This document shows, piece by piece, positions 1-12,450 of a DNA stretch of 64,000 nt; positions within the stretch are counted from its first letter, which is position 1; each line of letters opens with the position of its first letter. Under the pieces are notes generated by a model, which was given only the letters and a program-made list of their open reading frames with translations, searched no databases and was not told the origin of the DNA. The position numbers were made by a program, and so were the translations under genes. Source of the stretch: an uncultured candidate division Zixibacteria bacterium (lineage in GTDB: Bacteria > Zixibacteria > MSB-5A5 > GN15 > FEB-12); contig CAWDXE010000006.1 of the NCBI GenBank assembly GCA_963806185.1, forward strand, positions 86,064 to 150,063, written 5' to 3'.

Positions 1-468
1 CGAGTTGATTCGCTACTTACCGAGCTATTGCCGCAATCGATAACTAAGCTATCGTCTATCTATGACAATCTCGTTTCACCTAATCCTGAAGATTGGTCCA
101 ACGCCGCTCATTCGTGCCGTAAGGTTCTTCAAGATCTAGCGGATGTTGTGCTCCCGGCCACGACGGAGACGAGGACAATCGATCGAAATGGTAAGAGGCA
201 AACCATCTCTCTCGGACCAGATCAGTACAAAAACCGGCTAATGGTCTACGTTTCAGACAATTCCGATTCAGAAACATATGAAGGAATTGTTGGATCAACT
301 CTAGAGTTCATAGGTGATCGATTAGACGCCATCCTGAAGGGTGCCCAGAAGGGTTCACGTGGTACAATCTCGAAAGAGGAAGCCGAAAGGTATGTGGTAC
401 ACACCTATATGCTGGTGGGTGACATTCTGTTTCTCTTTCAATCGAAGAGAACCCCGCCATCCTTGTAA
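1..468 (+). CDS. C-terminal part of a hypothetical protein, probably AbiTii/HEPN-like helical domain (5' end outside the window)
   Basis: Frame is open from base 1 and AT-richer than its neighbours. The motif DWSNAAHSCRKVLQDLAD...QKGSRG..EEAERYVVHTYMLVGDIL resembles abortive-infection-associated C-terminal domains (recalled, not searched). Confidence 0.45.
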   Translation, partial: RVDSLLTELLPQSITKLSSIYDNLVSPNPEDWSNAAHSCRKVLQDLADVVLPATTETRTIDRNGKRQTISLGPDQYKNRLMVYVSDNSDSETYEGIVGSTLEFIGDRLDAILKGAQKGSRGTISKEEAERYVVHTYMLVGDILFLFQSKRTPPSL

Positions 469-560
469 TCTAGATTTTTGGAAGATGTTTCTGCACATTG
501 TGCATGATCGCCAGCCAGAATTGCCTTCTGCGGCTTTGATGCTATTATTTTCCCCCAGTG

Positions 561-588
561 CTGGATTCCCGCCTTCGCGGGAATGACA
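561..588. repeat. REP-like palindrome CTGGATTCCCGCCTTCGCGGGAATGACA
   Basis: Hairpin, with related copies near 14557, 18992, 21637 and, inverted, 62491. Confidence 0.75.
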
Positions 589-625
589 TCGTTGGCAGTT
601 CTCAGTAAACTCGACGCCCCATACC

Positions 626-656
626 AAAAACCCCGCCCGGCGTGAACCGGACGGGG
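626..656 (-). terminator. Rho-independent terminator of the giant surface protein gene
   Basis: CCCCGTCCGG-loop-CCGGGCGGGG stem followed by TTTTT on the minus strand, just after the stop codon at 678. Confidence 0.75.
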
Positions 657-677
657 TAGGTAATGGTGCTGTGGTGA

Positions 678-3600
678 CTACTTGAGGAGCACCATCTTCT
701 TGGTGGCGCTATACGCACCAGCCGTCAAACGATAGAAGTAGATACCCGAAGCATATCTACCGGCATCCCACACCACTTGGTAATATCCGGGCTGGTCCTC
801 ACCCTCAAACGCGTTCACCGTCTGACCCAGGATATTGTATATCTCCAGCCGCCACTTGCCCGCTTCGGGCAGTGCGAAATCTATCTTCGTCTGAGGATTG
901 AACGGGTTCGGATAGTTCTGCGACAAGCTGTACGCCGTCGGCAGATTCGACAGCTTCGTCGCCACCACCAGACCGTCCGCCGAACCGATGTCGACGCTCT
1001 TCACCGCTGCCGTGTCCGCTCAGCGTCAGCAGCTCGCCGGTTTCAATCGCACCCTTGCCGGTGGAACTGAACACCAGGATGCGCGTCACCTTGCCGTCGA
1101 AGCTGTATTGCAGCTCCATGTCCTTCGCCGCGGAGCCAAGGACCGGCTTAACGTCACCCTCGACCACCACCTGCACGCCGCCTATTCGCGTGTTGCAGTC
1201 GCTGATGCGCAAGGCATCGCCGGAGACCGCCACGGTCGCCTCGTAGCCGGCGTTGGGATTGAGTTTCTCGTACGGCGAGGCATCGCCCACCACCACGCGG
1301 ATCAGGTACACCAGGTCTCCGACCGTCAGCGGTATGCCGTCCGCATTCACGTCCGAAGCCGCTATTGCGCCCTTCAATCCGAACGTTGGCGGGATACACG
1401 TCGGGCAATCCTGCGGGAAAGCGCTCAGCCCCTTGATGAAATACTGAGTGAACATGACCACGTCGGCGATTTCGTACGCCAGATCATTCAGGTTGATATC
1501 ACCGCGCGCGTCGATGGAATCAGCGCAGACGATATCGATGCCGCCGTTGGTGAAATCGACACACCGCTGCGGCAACCCCTTGCCGCCGGGGATCAGGCAG
1601 CTATTCGGCGCGCCGAAGTAACTCGGCATCGGGTACGAATTGTCGGTGATGTTATGCAGTTCGAGATCGAACACGTTGCGCGAAATCCAGAGCGTATCGC
1701 CGCCCTTGCTCGACAAGGCGTTGTCACCACACTCGAGCCAGAAGAAGCTCACCGGCGCGTACTGGCACTCGAGCGACCGATCATTCGACACCAGGAAGTC
1801 TATCGTCGCCATCGTCCCTACCTGACCGTCAAAGAAACAGCTCGGATGGTACGCTCCGTTGTTCGTCTCAGCGATACCGGCGATACGCAGCAGCCCGCTC
1901 GGACAGCCGTCGCCGCAGTTGCCGTCGGCGCCGTACCGAAGGTGAAGTACTCCCAGCCGCAACCTTCAAAGAGCGAACCGGGCGTCACCGTGTAGGGGGT
2001 CAGAGCCGTCGCGTCATACGCGATCAGGAAACTGAATCCGCCGAGCGGCTTGCCCGAACCGTTCAGGAAGATATCGACCAGTGAATGCTGCCCCTGGAAT
2101 GCGTCGTGAACCTTCTCGATCTGCACGTGTATGCATTCGTCGATCTGGACTTTGACACAGATCGTATCCTTGTCGATCAAGCCGCATTGATCGGTCGCGG
2201 TCAGTTCAAGACAATAGGTTCCGGTCGTGTCGGCGTTGAAACAGACCTGGCCGTTCGCATACGTTCCGAGCGGCGATACGGTCACGCTACCAACATTGAG
2301 GTCCGGATCATTCACCGTGATGTCAAAGCAGACCTCGCCCACTGCTTCAAGATAGGCCGTGAAGTCGGGCAGAGGTGTAATCACCGGCGCGGCATTGAAG
2401 TTGACCGTCACCACCGACGTGTCATAGTCCACCGCTCCGCAGGCGTCCGTCGCCTTGAGTATAAACTGGTAAACCTTGTCCGATCCGTCGCCGTTGGGCG
2501 CCGTCAGGCAGATCTTCCCGGTATTACTGTCATACGTGCCGAACGGCGAAAGCAATTCGCACGTCGACAGATTGTTGTCCTCGTCGGTACAGCCCGCGGT
2601 GATACAGACACTCGCGGTGCCGCAGGCGAAGACCGTCGTATCGCGACCGGCATTGGCCACCGGCGCGGCATTCAGATTGATCTTCACGAAGAACGAATCA
2701 ATGCACGACGCGCCGCACGAGTCACTGCACTGCACTTTCACCTTCACCAGTTGATCGACCGTCGGCGTGAAGACCCAGTTGCCGCCCACCAGCGATCCCG
2801 GCCCGGCCAGCAACTCGCAATGTGAGAAATTGCCGTTCGGATCGGTCGCCCCGACCGGAATGGTGATCTGTGTCGGAGTGCACTGGAATACAACGGTTGT
2901 GTCGGCCGGGGGCATCTGGCAGACCGGCGGCGTGTTGAGCGCGATCGTGATGACTACCGTATCCTGGTCCGCCACACCGCAATGGTCCACTGCCCGGGTG
3001 ATGAACGTGTAGGTCCCGGACGAACCCGGCGTGAAGCAAATCTGCCCGCCCGCATATGTGCCCGGGCCACTGATCAACTTGCAGCTATCCAGATTATTGT
3101 CGGGATCGGTGCACGACGCCGGCCAGCACACCTGCGTCGGCGTGCACAGCTTCAGCGACTGATCCGGGCCGGCGTTGGCCACCGGCGGCCGATTCTGCAG
3201 TACGTTCACCGTAATCGTATCCGCGTCACCCGCGCCACAGGCGTCTGTGGCAAGCACAATTATCTGATGTACGCCCGCGCCGATTGGCGTGAAGCAATAC
3301 GGGCTGACGGCATTGGTATCCGCCACCGTGCCGTCAAGCTTCACGAATCGAATCGAAATATTGTTATTGGCGTCAGTGATCGTGAACGGTATGCACACCG
3401 GACCGGTCGCACACTGGAACACCGTCGTGTCGGCGCCAAGTGTCACCACCGGCGCGCTATTGACTGTCACATTGTAGGTCGCCGTGATCGTGTCGGCCTT
3501 GCCGCACGAATCAGCCACCGCTGCCGTCACTGTGTACGTTCCGGCGGCGCTGATCGTGAAGCACCATTGCCCCGACGCGCTCACGGTTCCGCTGCCCGTC

Positions 3601-6600
3601 AGTCTCGACCAGGTCAGCCCGTTGCCGTCCGGATCGGTCGCCGCGAGTTGGCGACACACCTGTCCACCGGTCGCGCACACGAAGGTATCGACAGGCGTCA
3701 CCTCGGTCGCCACCGGCGCCCGGTCGATCTGGACATTCACTTCAAGGTCGCAGGTATCGGCGCCGCAAGCACTGGTCGCGATGACGCGCAATACATAGTG
3801 TCCGGTCGTATCGGCCGTGAAGCAGACGTCACCACTATTGTACGTACCGATCGGCGACACTGTGACCGTCCCGCCGCCCATCACACCGACCGGGATACAT
3901 ACCTGGCCGGCCGAGCAGAGGAACTTTGACGTCACACCCGGGCAACTCAACTGCGGCACGCTGCCGATGGTCACGTTGAACGTCACCTGGCAGGTGTCTG
4001 CGCCGCACGAGGTGGTGGCAATTACCGTCGCTGTGTAGGTTCCCGACACCGCGGCGTCGAAACAAAGCTGGCCGCCACTATAGGTACCAAGCGTCGTCGT
4101 CACCGTGGCTGTGCTCGGTGTTATCTCAAGTGTCTGGCACACCGGCCCCGCCGCGCACAACGATACCGCTATCGGACCGCTCGGGCAGGCTATGTCGGCC
4201 CCTTGACCGGTCGTCACAGTTATAACTACGGTATCCTGATCACTACCACCGCACGAATCGACCACACCGACGATAAACTGGTAGCTGCCCGCGCCGCTCG
4301 GCGTGAAGCAAATTTCGTTGGTCGCTGTGTTGATGGATCCGAATCCGGAAATCATCGTTTCCGTCAGGCCGCTCGTCCCGTCGGCATCGCTCACATTGTA
4401 GTTTAAGCAGATCGGCGACAATGTGCACTGGAACACGGCGCTGTCGGCCGGCAACGTCACCACCGGTACCGAGTTCAACACCACAGTCACTGTGACCGTG
4501 TCGTCAGCCTCAAGACCACAGGCATCTTCCACGTGGAGGACAAAGACATAACTGCCCGACGCATTCGGCGTGAAGCAAATCTGCGAACCGTTGAATGTAC
4601 CCGGCCCGCTGAAATCACACACATTCTGATTGTTATCCGGGTCGGTACAGGCTGCCGGCAGGCATATTTGCGTCGGCGTGCACTGGAAGACATTGGTGTC
4701 CGCGGGTAATACCGCTACCGGCGCCTGATTGACCGTCACAACCGCATCAATCGTGTCCGCTGCCGTGGCGCCGCAATTATCCGTGATCGTCAGGATGAAA
4801 TGATACGTCCCGGTCGTATCGGCGTTGAAACAGACCTGCGAATTGGCCAGGTCGAGCGTCCCGCCGCCCGCCAGCGTGATGACCGGCGTTGGGCTGTCAT
4901 TGTCCGTCGCCGTGAACTGGAGACAGACCTGCTGCGGTCCGCACAGGAAGAACGGGTTGTACGATGCAAATTCAATGGTCGGCTTCGAGTTGATGCGGAA
5001 ATCAACCGTGAAGCTCTCCGTGCAAGTCGCTCCGCATGAATCAGTGCACTGAATGCCGACCGTCACGACCTGGCTCTGGGCCGACGGCGTGTAGCACCAA
5101 TTGCCGCCCGTCAGCATACCCGGCCCCGATGTAATTTCGCACGACAGCAGGTTGTTATCGGTGGCATACGCCGGCAGGCAGACCTGCGTCGGCGTGCACT
5201 GGTAAATGACCGTGTCATTCGGCACGACGCAGACCGGCGCCGCGTTGAGCGTGATATATATCACTGATGTGTCAACGTCGGTCTTGCCGCAGGCGTCGAT
5301 GGCTTCGAGAATGAACGTGTAGGTTCCCGACGTCGACGGAGTGAAACAGATTTGCGATCCGTCAAACGACCCCGGCCCCGCGATCAGGTTGGTCGCCGTC
5401 AGATTGCCATTCACATCCGAACTGCCGGCCACCCAGCAAATCGCCTGTGGCGCGCAGAGCACAACAGTCGAATCGCGACCGGCGTTGGCCACCGGCGCGC
5501 TGTTGTGCGTGTAATAGATCACGACCGTGTCGTAGCTGATCAGACCGCAGGCGTCGGTCGCCTTCAGCACAAACTCATAATTGAGCGTTCCGGTCGGCGT
5601 GAAGCAAATCTGGCCGCCGCTGTATGTACCGGGGCTGTTCACCAGCTGAACAGTGGTGAGATTGCCGTCGGGATCGGTCGCGCCCGCCGGCCAGCAGATT
5701 TGCTGTATTTCACACTGGAATATTGTCTGATCCGGCCCGGCGTTGACCACCGGCGCCCGATTCAGAGTCACTGTCACTCTAAGCGTGTCAACCGCTGTCG
5801 CACCGCACGAATCCAGCGCTTGCGCGACAAGCGTGTATACTCCGGCCACCGTCGGCGTGAAGCAAAGCTGACCGGCGTTTAGTGTTCCTGAACCGGAAAG
5901 CAGCGTCACCGCCTGCAGGTTTCCGTTGGCGTCACTAACCGTGTATGGCAGACAGATCTGCGCCGCGGCACACTGGAAGAGCGATGTGTCATTGGCCAGC
6001 GTCAGTACCGGCACGGCGTTGATCGTTACATTATATGTCACAGTAACGGTATCCGCCGCCCCGCATGAATCAGCTACCTGCGCGACGACACTGTATGCAC
6101 CCGAGCCGGCCGGCGTGAAGCACCACTGACCGTCCGCCGCCACTGATCCGGCGCCGGAGATTCGACTCCAGGTCAGCGTTCCGCCATTCACATCCGCAGC
6201 GGAGAAACTGTAGCACACCTGAGTCGCCACACACTGGAAGACATTCACCGGTGTCGTCGGATTCACGGCCACCGGCGCGCTGTTGCGCGTTACCGTCGTC
6301 GATACATAGCACGTATCCGCGCTGCAACCCGTTCCTGCAATAACGCGAATCACATAGGTACCGCTCGTGTCGGCCGTGAAACAGAGTTGACCCGCACTAT
6401 AACTGCCAATCGGCGAAACAGTCACTGTCGCACTCGCCGGCGTCACTGTCACCGGCCGGCAGAGCGAGGTCGGCGCGCAGATGAAATAGCTCGCCGCCGG
6501 CGGACAGGTCACATCGGCAAATTCGCCGAAGGTCACTGTCACGTGTACCGTATCGCGGGCCGTCACACCGCAGGAATCGCTCACCTGGGCGATAAAGGAG

Positions 6601-9600
6601 TAGGTGCCACCGGTGCTTGGTGTGAAGCAAATCTGATTGCCGCTAATCGTACCGCTGCCGGAGATGAGTGTTACCGACTGAATATTGTTATTCGGATCGC
6701 TGGTCACGAAGCTCCGGCAAATCTGTGCCGGGGTGCAGAGATTGACCGTGGTGTCGCCGGCGATAGTGATACTCGGCGCACCGTTTATGACTATGTCATA
6801 GGACAACGATACCGTGTCGGCGGCGCCGCACGAATCGGCCACCTGGGCCACGACACTGTAGGTACCGGTTCCCGTCGGCGTGAAGCACCAGTTACCGCTT
6901 GTACTCACCGAACCCGAACCGGACAGCCGCGTCCAGGTCAAGGTGCCACCGTTGATATCGGTCGCTGTAAACTGCGTGCACACCTCCGTCGGCGTGCACT
7001 GGAAGATTGTCGCGGGCAAGCGCGGATTGGCCGCCACCGGCGCTGAATTGATGGTTACATGCGCCGTAATGAAGCAGGAGTCGGTGCCGCACGGCGTCGA
7101 CGCCTTCACCTTCAGAATATAGGTGCCCGACGTATCAGCCGGGCAGATCACATTGCCGCCCACATACGACCCGATCGGCGTCACCGTATAGGTCGCCACC
7201 GGCGCTCCACCCACGGCGATACACAAACTGCCCGGCCCGCAGATGAATATCGTCTGCTCCGGCGGGCAAACCAGCACCGGCGGCTGGCTCACGGTCACAT
7301 TAAACGTGATGTCGCAGGTATCCGCGCCGCACTCGGCCGTCGCGATCACGCGAGCCGTGTATGTGCCCGAGGCCGGTGCATTGAAACAAAGTTGACCGCC
7401 GCTGAACGTACCCAGCGTCGTCGTCACCGTCGCATTCGCCGGTGTGATCGTCAACGCCTGGCAGATCTGGCCGCCGGCGCACTCCGTGATGTTAATCGGT
7501 CCGGTCGGACAATCGATCACCGCCACCGGGCCGAAGGTCACGGTTACGTTGACCGTATCTCTGGCTGACAGACCGCACGAGTCGCTCACTTGAACGATGA
7601 ATTGATACGACCCGGCGCTGCTCGGAGTGAAACAAACCTTGTTGTTGACGGCGTCAAGCGTGCCATACCCCGAAATAAGCGTCTTGGTCAAACCGCTCGA
7701 GCCATTAGGATCGGAAACCGTAAAACTCCGGCAAATCTCGACCGGCGTACACAGATGTACGGTCGTGTCGTTGGCGAGGGTAAGCGACGGTGCACTGTTT
7801 ACGGTCACATTGTATGTCAGGTTGACCGTATCTTTGGCGCCGCACGAATCCGCAACTACCGCGCTCACCGCGTAGTTCCCATTACCCGCCGGCGTGAAAC
7901 ACCACTGCCCGCCGGCTGAAACCGTGCCGGTCCCGCTCAGTTTACTCCAGGTCAGCGTTCCGCCATTGACATCCGCGGCTGTAAAGGTGTAGCAAATCTG
8001 GGCCGGCACACACTGGAAGACACTCACCGGCGTCGGCGGATTCACCGCCACCGGCGCGCTGTTCTTCGTTACCGTTGTCGTGACAAAGCAGGTGTCGGCA
8101 CTGCATCCGGTCGTTGCAATTACGCGCAGCACATACGTGCCGCTCGTGTCGGCGGCGAAGCAGACGTTACCGGCACTGTAGGTACCGATCGGCGATATCG
8201 TCACCGTGGCACTTGCCGGTGTCACCGTCACCGGACGGCAGATCGACGTCGGGGCGCAAATGAAGTAGGCCGCGCTCGACGGACACGTGACGTCGGCATA
8301 CTGCCCCATCGTCACGGTCACGACTACCGTATCAAGATCGTACGCGCCGCACGAATCCGTCACTGATGTGACAATCTGGTAGGTCCCGCTCGCACTCGGG
8401 GTGAAACACACCGTGTTGGCCGCCGTGTCAATCGCACCAAAGCCGGAAACCAGTACCTCGGTCAGCTTGCTTGTCCCATTCGGATCGCTGACTGCATAGC
8501 TCCGGCAAATCTGAGTCGGTGCACACAGGAAGATCGTCGTGTCATTCGCCAGCGTGATCGTCGGTGCGCCGTTCAGGGTGACATTGTAGGTGAGCGTTGT
8601 CGTATCCTTGGCGCCGCAGGAATCGGCGACCACCGCCGTTATTGCATAGGCTCCCGACGACGCCGGCGTGAAGCACCATTGCCCGCCGCTGGTGAGCGTC
8701 CCGGTCCCCGTGAGTTTCGTCCAGCTCAACGTGCCGCCATTGACATCGCTGGCCGCAAAGGTGTAGCACACCTGGGCGGGAGTGCATTGAATGAGATTTA
8801 CCGGCGTGGTCGGATTGACCGCTACCGGCGCAGAGTTCAGAGTGACTGTATAGCTGATTGAGGTAGTATCTTTGGCGCCACACGAATCGGACACCACGGC
8901 CGTTACCGCATAAGTCCCGGAAATCGTCGGCGTGAAACAGAACTGACCGCCCGACGTCACTGTCCCCGACCCGGCCAGCTTTGTCCAACTGAGCGTCCCG
9001 CCATTGGGATCGGCCGCCGTGAAGTTGTAGCAGATTTGCGCCGAGGCACACTGGAAAACCGTCTGGTTCGGCGGATTCACGGCCACGGGAGCTGCATTGA
9101 GCCCGATCGTCACCACCACCGTATCCAGATCGACGGCGTTACACGAGTCGGTCACCTTGATGACAAATGTCGAGGCGCCCGCCGCCCCGGGTGTATAGCA
9201 AATCTGATTGCCGGCAAGCGTCCCCGGCCCCGACAGCAATTGCGTCGACTTTATATTGTTGTCCGGATCGGTGAAACTGACCGGGAAACAAACCTGCCCG
9301 AGTGAGCAGAGGAATTTCGTGAAATCGGCCCCGGCGTTGGCCACCGGCGGGCGATTTATGACCACGGTGACCAGAGTCGTGTCGGCTCCGACATGACCAC
9401 ACTGGTCGGTCGCTGTCACTATCACCGTGTAGACGCCGGCCGTGTCGGCCGTGAAGCAAACGTCACTACTGGTCGATGACGGCGCCGTGCGCGCACCAAA
9501 GCCGTCGATTTCGATTACCCCTGATGTGCACTTGATGTATACCTGGTTGAACGGCAGACCGTCCGGCAGATCGAACGCAACTCCACCCGTTCCGGATCCG

Positions 9601-11000
9601 CTCGTACCGCCGGGAACGGTTCCCGTGAACGAATACACCACGGTCCCGCTCAACTTGAACTGCAGGAGAGCTGTGCCGCCGCCGTCGCTGTTGGAGAAAA
9701 TGACAAAATCACTGTTGGAGCCGTTGCATGTCCTGATCGTGCTTGAGAATCCAACCGTCACATAGTTTCCGCTCGAAAAATCAACCGAGCCGTCACCCAA
9801 TCCGCCATCAGGGCCACCTGCACCCGGCAACGTGAAGGTCAAATCAGTCGGCACCCCCTTGAGTTGATCGGCCGATTGCGCCGGGCCGACGCCCGACGGG
9901 AACGATCCGTAACTGACAATGGAGCTCACGAACACAAAGTTCGGCAACGTCACCGTAACACCCGAGGAGGCGTTTACCGGTGAAACAAAGTCGCCCGCCA
10001 CGAATAGTGCCTTGCCCGGCTGGCCGCCGCCCACCTGCGTGACCGTGCCACCCAACTGGCGCAAATAACTTACCTGATCGTAATTCGATTCATTACCGGC
10101 GTACACGCCGAGGTTGCTCACCACCGTGTCGATATCACAATTCGGATCGACAATCTGCACGGGCAGACAAATCTGCTGCGGGCCGCACTGCCCGACTGTC
10201 CTGTTCGCCGGCATTGTTACGACCGGCGCTGTGCCGTAGTTCGCCACAACTTTGAATGCCTTGCACTCATTAGTCGATGACAACTCAATTCGCTGGGTCG
10301 GATTACACGCCGAGTTTGGCGACTGATACTTGCTGGGTTTGGGCTCGCCACGGAACTTGATGCGAATGCTGTACTGCCCCGTCGCGACCGGCATGGCAAA
10401 TGTTACGCACGCATTCCCGTTGGCGTCGGTGGTCGCCGAGTCCTGGGCAAGCTGGCCGACGTCTGCGCCGCAATTCCCCGTGTTCACGAAAAACAGGACG
10501 CGCCGGTTCGCCAATGGCGCCCGGTTGCCGCCCCCGCAATTCTCCGCCAAATTCGCACAGACTTCCAGCGGTCGCCCCGCGCAGACGGAATCCGGAAGGC
10601 CGGTCGTAAAGGCAAGCAACACGTTGCAGTCAGTGAAGGTCGCTGTAGCCGTCAGTCCGGAACTCAAGCCCAGGGCGTCCACATAGAGAGTCTTGTTGAC
10701 CGCGTCATCCGGAACGATCCAGATTGCCGAGATGCTCCCCTCACCGTCTGCCGTCACCGTCCACGGTTCATAAAACTGGGCATTCTCCGGCTCCGGAAGA
10801 CCTACCTGTAGATGAACCTGCAATTGGACCGATTCGTTAGCCCAGTATCCGGCGCCTTCGATGTAAACCGTGTCGCCGGGGGCATAATCTAGCGTGTCAG
10901 TACTGACAATCGCCGAGAGCGTGGCCGCTTGTGCTGCTGTGCACAGCAAAACGGCGCCAACTAGGACTGCGAGACCTCGAAACAAATTGTACGTTCCCAT
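678..11000 (-). CDS. Giant secreted Cys-rich Ig/cadherin-like repeat protein (~3,440 aa) with cohesin-like, dockerin-like and T9SS type-A sorting domains; split by two indels (~1937, ~1006)
   Basis: Signal peptide, then roughly 27 repeats of ~87 aa (N.AP...C...C...D.NG...CFTP...G.Y.....DSCG..D). ORFs 1818..11000, 805..1962 and 678..1004 join into one protein ending YSLSQNYPNPFNP...SGIYFYRL...KKMVLLK. Confidence 0.85.
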
Positions 11001-11272
11001 GACGCGAGGACCCTATCTATCGATGAAGTGCAATGTTTTTGCCGATAGCAAACAGGGTACGCCATAGAAGAGCAGCAGCAGTCTGCCACGCTAAGAGATG
11101 GTTGGTGATGCAGTTTGGAAATTGCAACCCGTGAGCACTTGACCATGCACTCTTCCTACAGCTACCCAATATCGCCTAAACCCAAAGCCCGGCACCCGGT
11201 ATCGACTGACTAGGTCGTGTGCCTCACCCGAATACGAATTCAGCTAAAACCGGAACCGGCGTGACCAACTAA

Positions 11273-11300
11273 AAGATATGAAACCGCGAGTGTATGTCAA
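11273..11300 (-). promoter_or_regulatory. Putative sigma70 promoter of the giant protein gene
   Basis: TTGACA-16 nt-TATCTT on the minus strand, ~270 nt upstream of the ATG. Confidence 0.5.
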
Positions 11301-11393
11301 GGGAAAATGACCGCTATAGATGTAGTGATATGGCAACAGATGCCCCGGATACGTCGCTTACCGGAACATCTGGGTCCTGTGGAAGAGACCACC

Positions 11394-12269
11394 TCAGCTG
11401 GTTTTGGAATTGCGCGAGCGGTTTCGCTCCAGCTTTACCAGGAACTCCCCCGCCTCTCGCTTCGACAACCCCTGTTGCACCAACGAATCAACTGTCTCCG
11501 AAAAACCCTCGAGGTACTTGGTCAGCACCTTGACCTCCGGACCCGAAAACGAGATTGCCTTCAGCGTGTAGTCCTCAAAGGCCTCATAGGCAACCGGTGC
11601 CACCGTCCGAACCATTTTGGCCATCACCTCGGCATACTCACGGATCTCCTGCTGGGCGTGGAGGTCAAGACGTAAGTGCAAAAAATGAAAGAGGTTATGA
11701 AGATCAATCTTCCAGTACCACTCGGTGTAGAGAGATAGCGGCAGATTGATCCTCGCCAGCTCCCTCGCCAGCCCCGCTTCCACAAACTTCGAATACTCCT
11801 GGTACAACTCCCGCTGCGTCGTCTGGGCATGCATCAGAAACTGGTCCTTGAGCTCGTTGGGCACTTCTTCCTCGGACCTCCCCTGATGATTGGTCACGGA
11901 TTGATAACGAATATCATCCCGCTTCGGCAGATAGAACTCTTCTTTCATGACCGAGTACCGGCCCGAGTATTCGTTGACATTGGCTGAACGGTGGCGGATC
12001 CACTGACGGGCCACGAAAATGGGCAGTTTGACGTGAAACTTGAACTCGACCATCTCAAACGGGGTCGTGTGCTGATGGCGCATGAGATAGCGAATCAGCC
12101 CGCGATCCTCGTGCACTTTCTTGGTCCCCTCACCGTATGACACTCGCGCCGCCTGCACAATAGCATCATCGGAACCAAGGTAGTCGATCAGCCGGACAAA
12201 GCCGTGATCCAGAACCTTGAACTCCTTGTCGAGCAATGCGTCGGCTTCAGTATTCTTTGCGTGGCCCAT
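11394..12269 (-). CDS. thyX: FAD-dependent thymidylate synthase
   Basis: VLDHGFVRLIDY, IVQAARVSY, HTTPFE, RQWIRHR..NEYSGRYS and ELARINLP motifs. Confidence 0.97.
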   Translation of the reverse strand: MGHAKNTEADALLDKEFKVLDHGFVRLIDYLGSDDAIVQAARVSYGEGTKKVHEDRGLIRYLMRHQHTTPFEMVEFKFHVKLPIFVARQWIRHRSANVNEYSGRYSVMKEEFYLPKRDDIRYQSVTNHQGRSEEEVPNELKDQFLMHAQTTQRELYQEYSKFVEAGLARELARINLPLSLYTEWYWKIDLHNLFHFLHLRLDLHAQQEIREYAEVMAKMVRTVAPVAYEAFEDYTLKAISFSGPEVKVLTKYLEGFSETVDSLVQQGLSKREAGEFLVKLERNRSRNSKTS

Positions 12270-12450
12270 GAAAATTCCCTCCGATGACGGCGCTCAATAT
12301 AGGCCCATGCCCAAAGGGCGACAACAGAATTGTTACCCGCCAATTGCTTTCGTGACCGTCCTGAATTACCTTCCGCCTAAGACACAATAACTACTAATTG
12401 CCCGGCCACTCTTGCTGCCGCCGGCCGGGATTTGGTCAAGGAGAAGCAGC

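Noticed and set aside
990-1960. Programmed frameshifting or phase variation in the giant gene
   Set aside because: No slippery heptamer or long homopolymer. Similar single-base indels also break punA, yggS and the histidine kinase, so assembly error is the simpler explanation.
988-10686. Many long plus-strand ORFs opposite the giant gene (and similar shadow ORFs elsewhere)
   Set aside because: These are antisense shadows of GC-rich coding sequence with no recognisable motifs or RBS.
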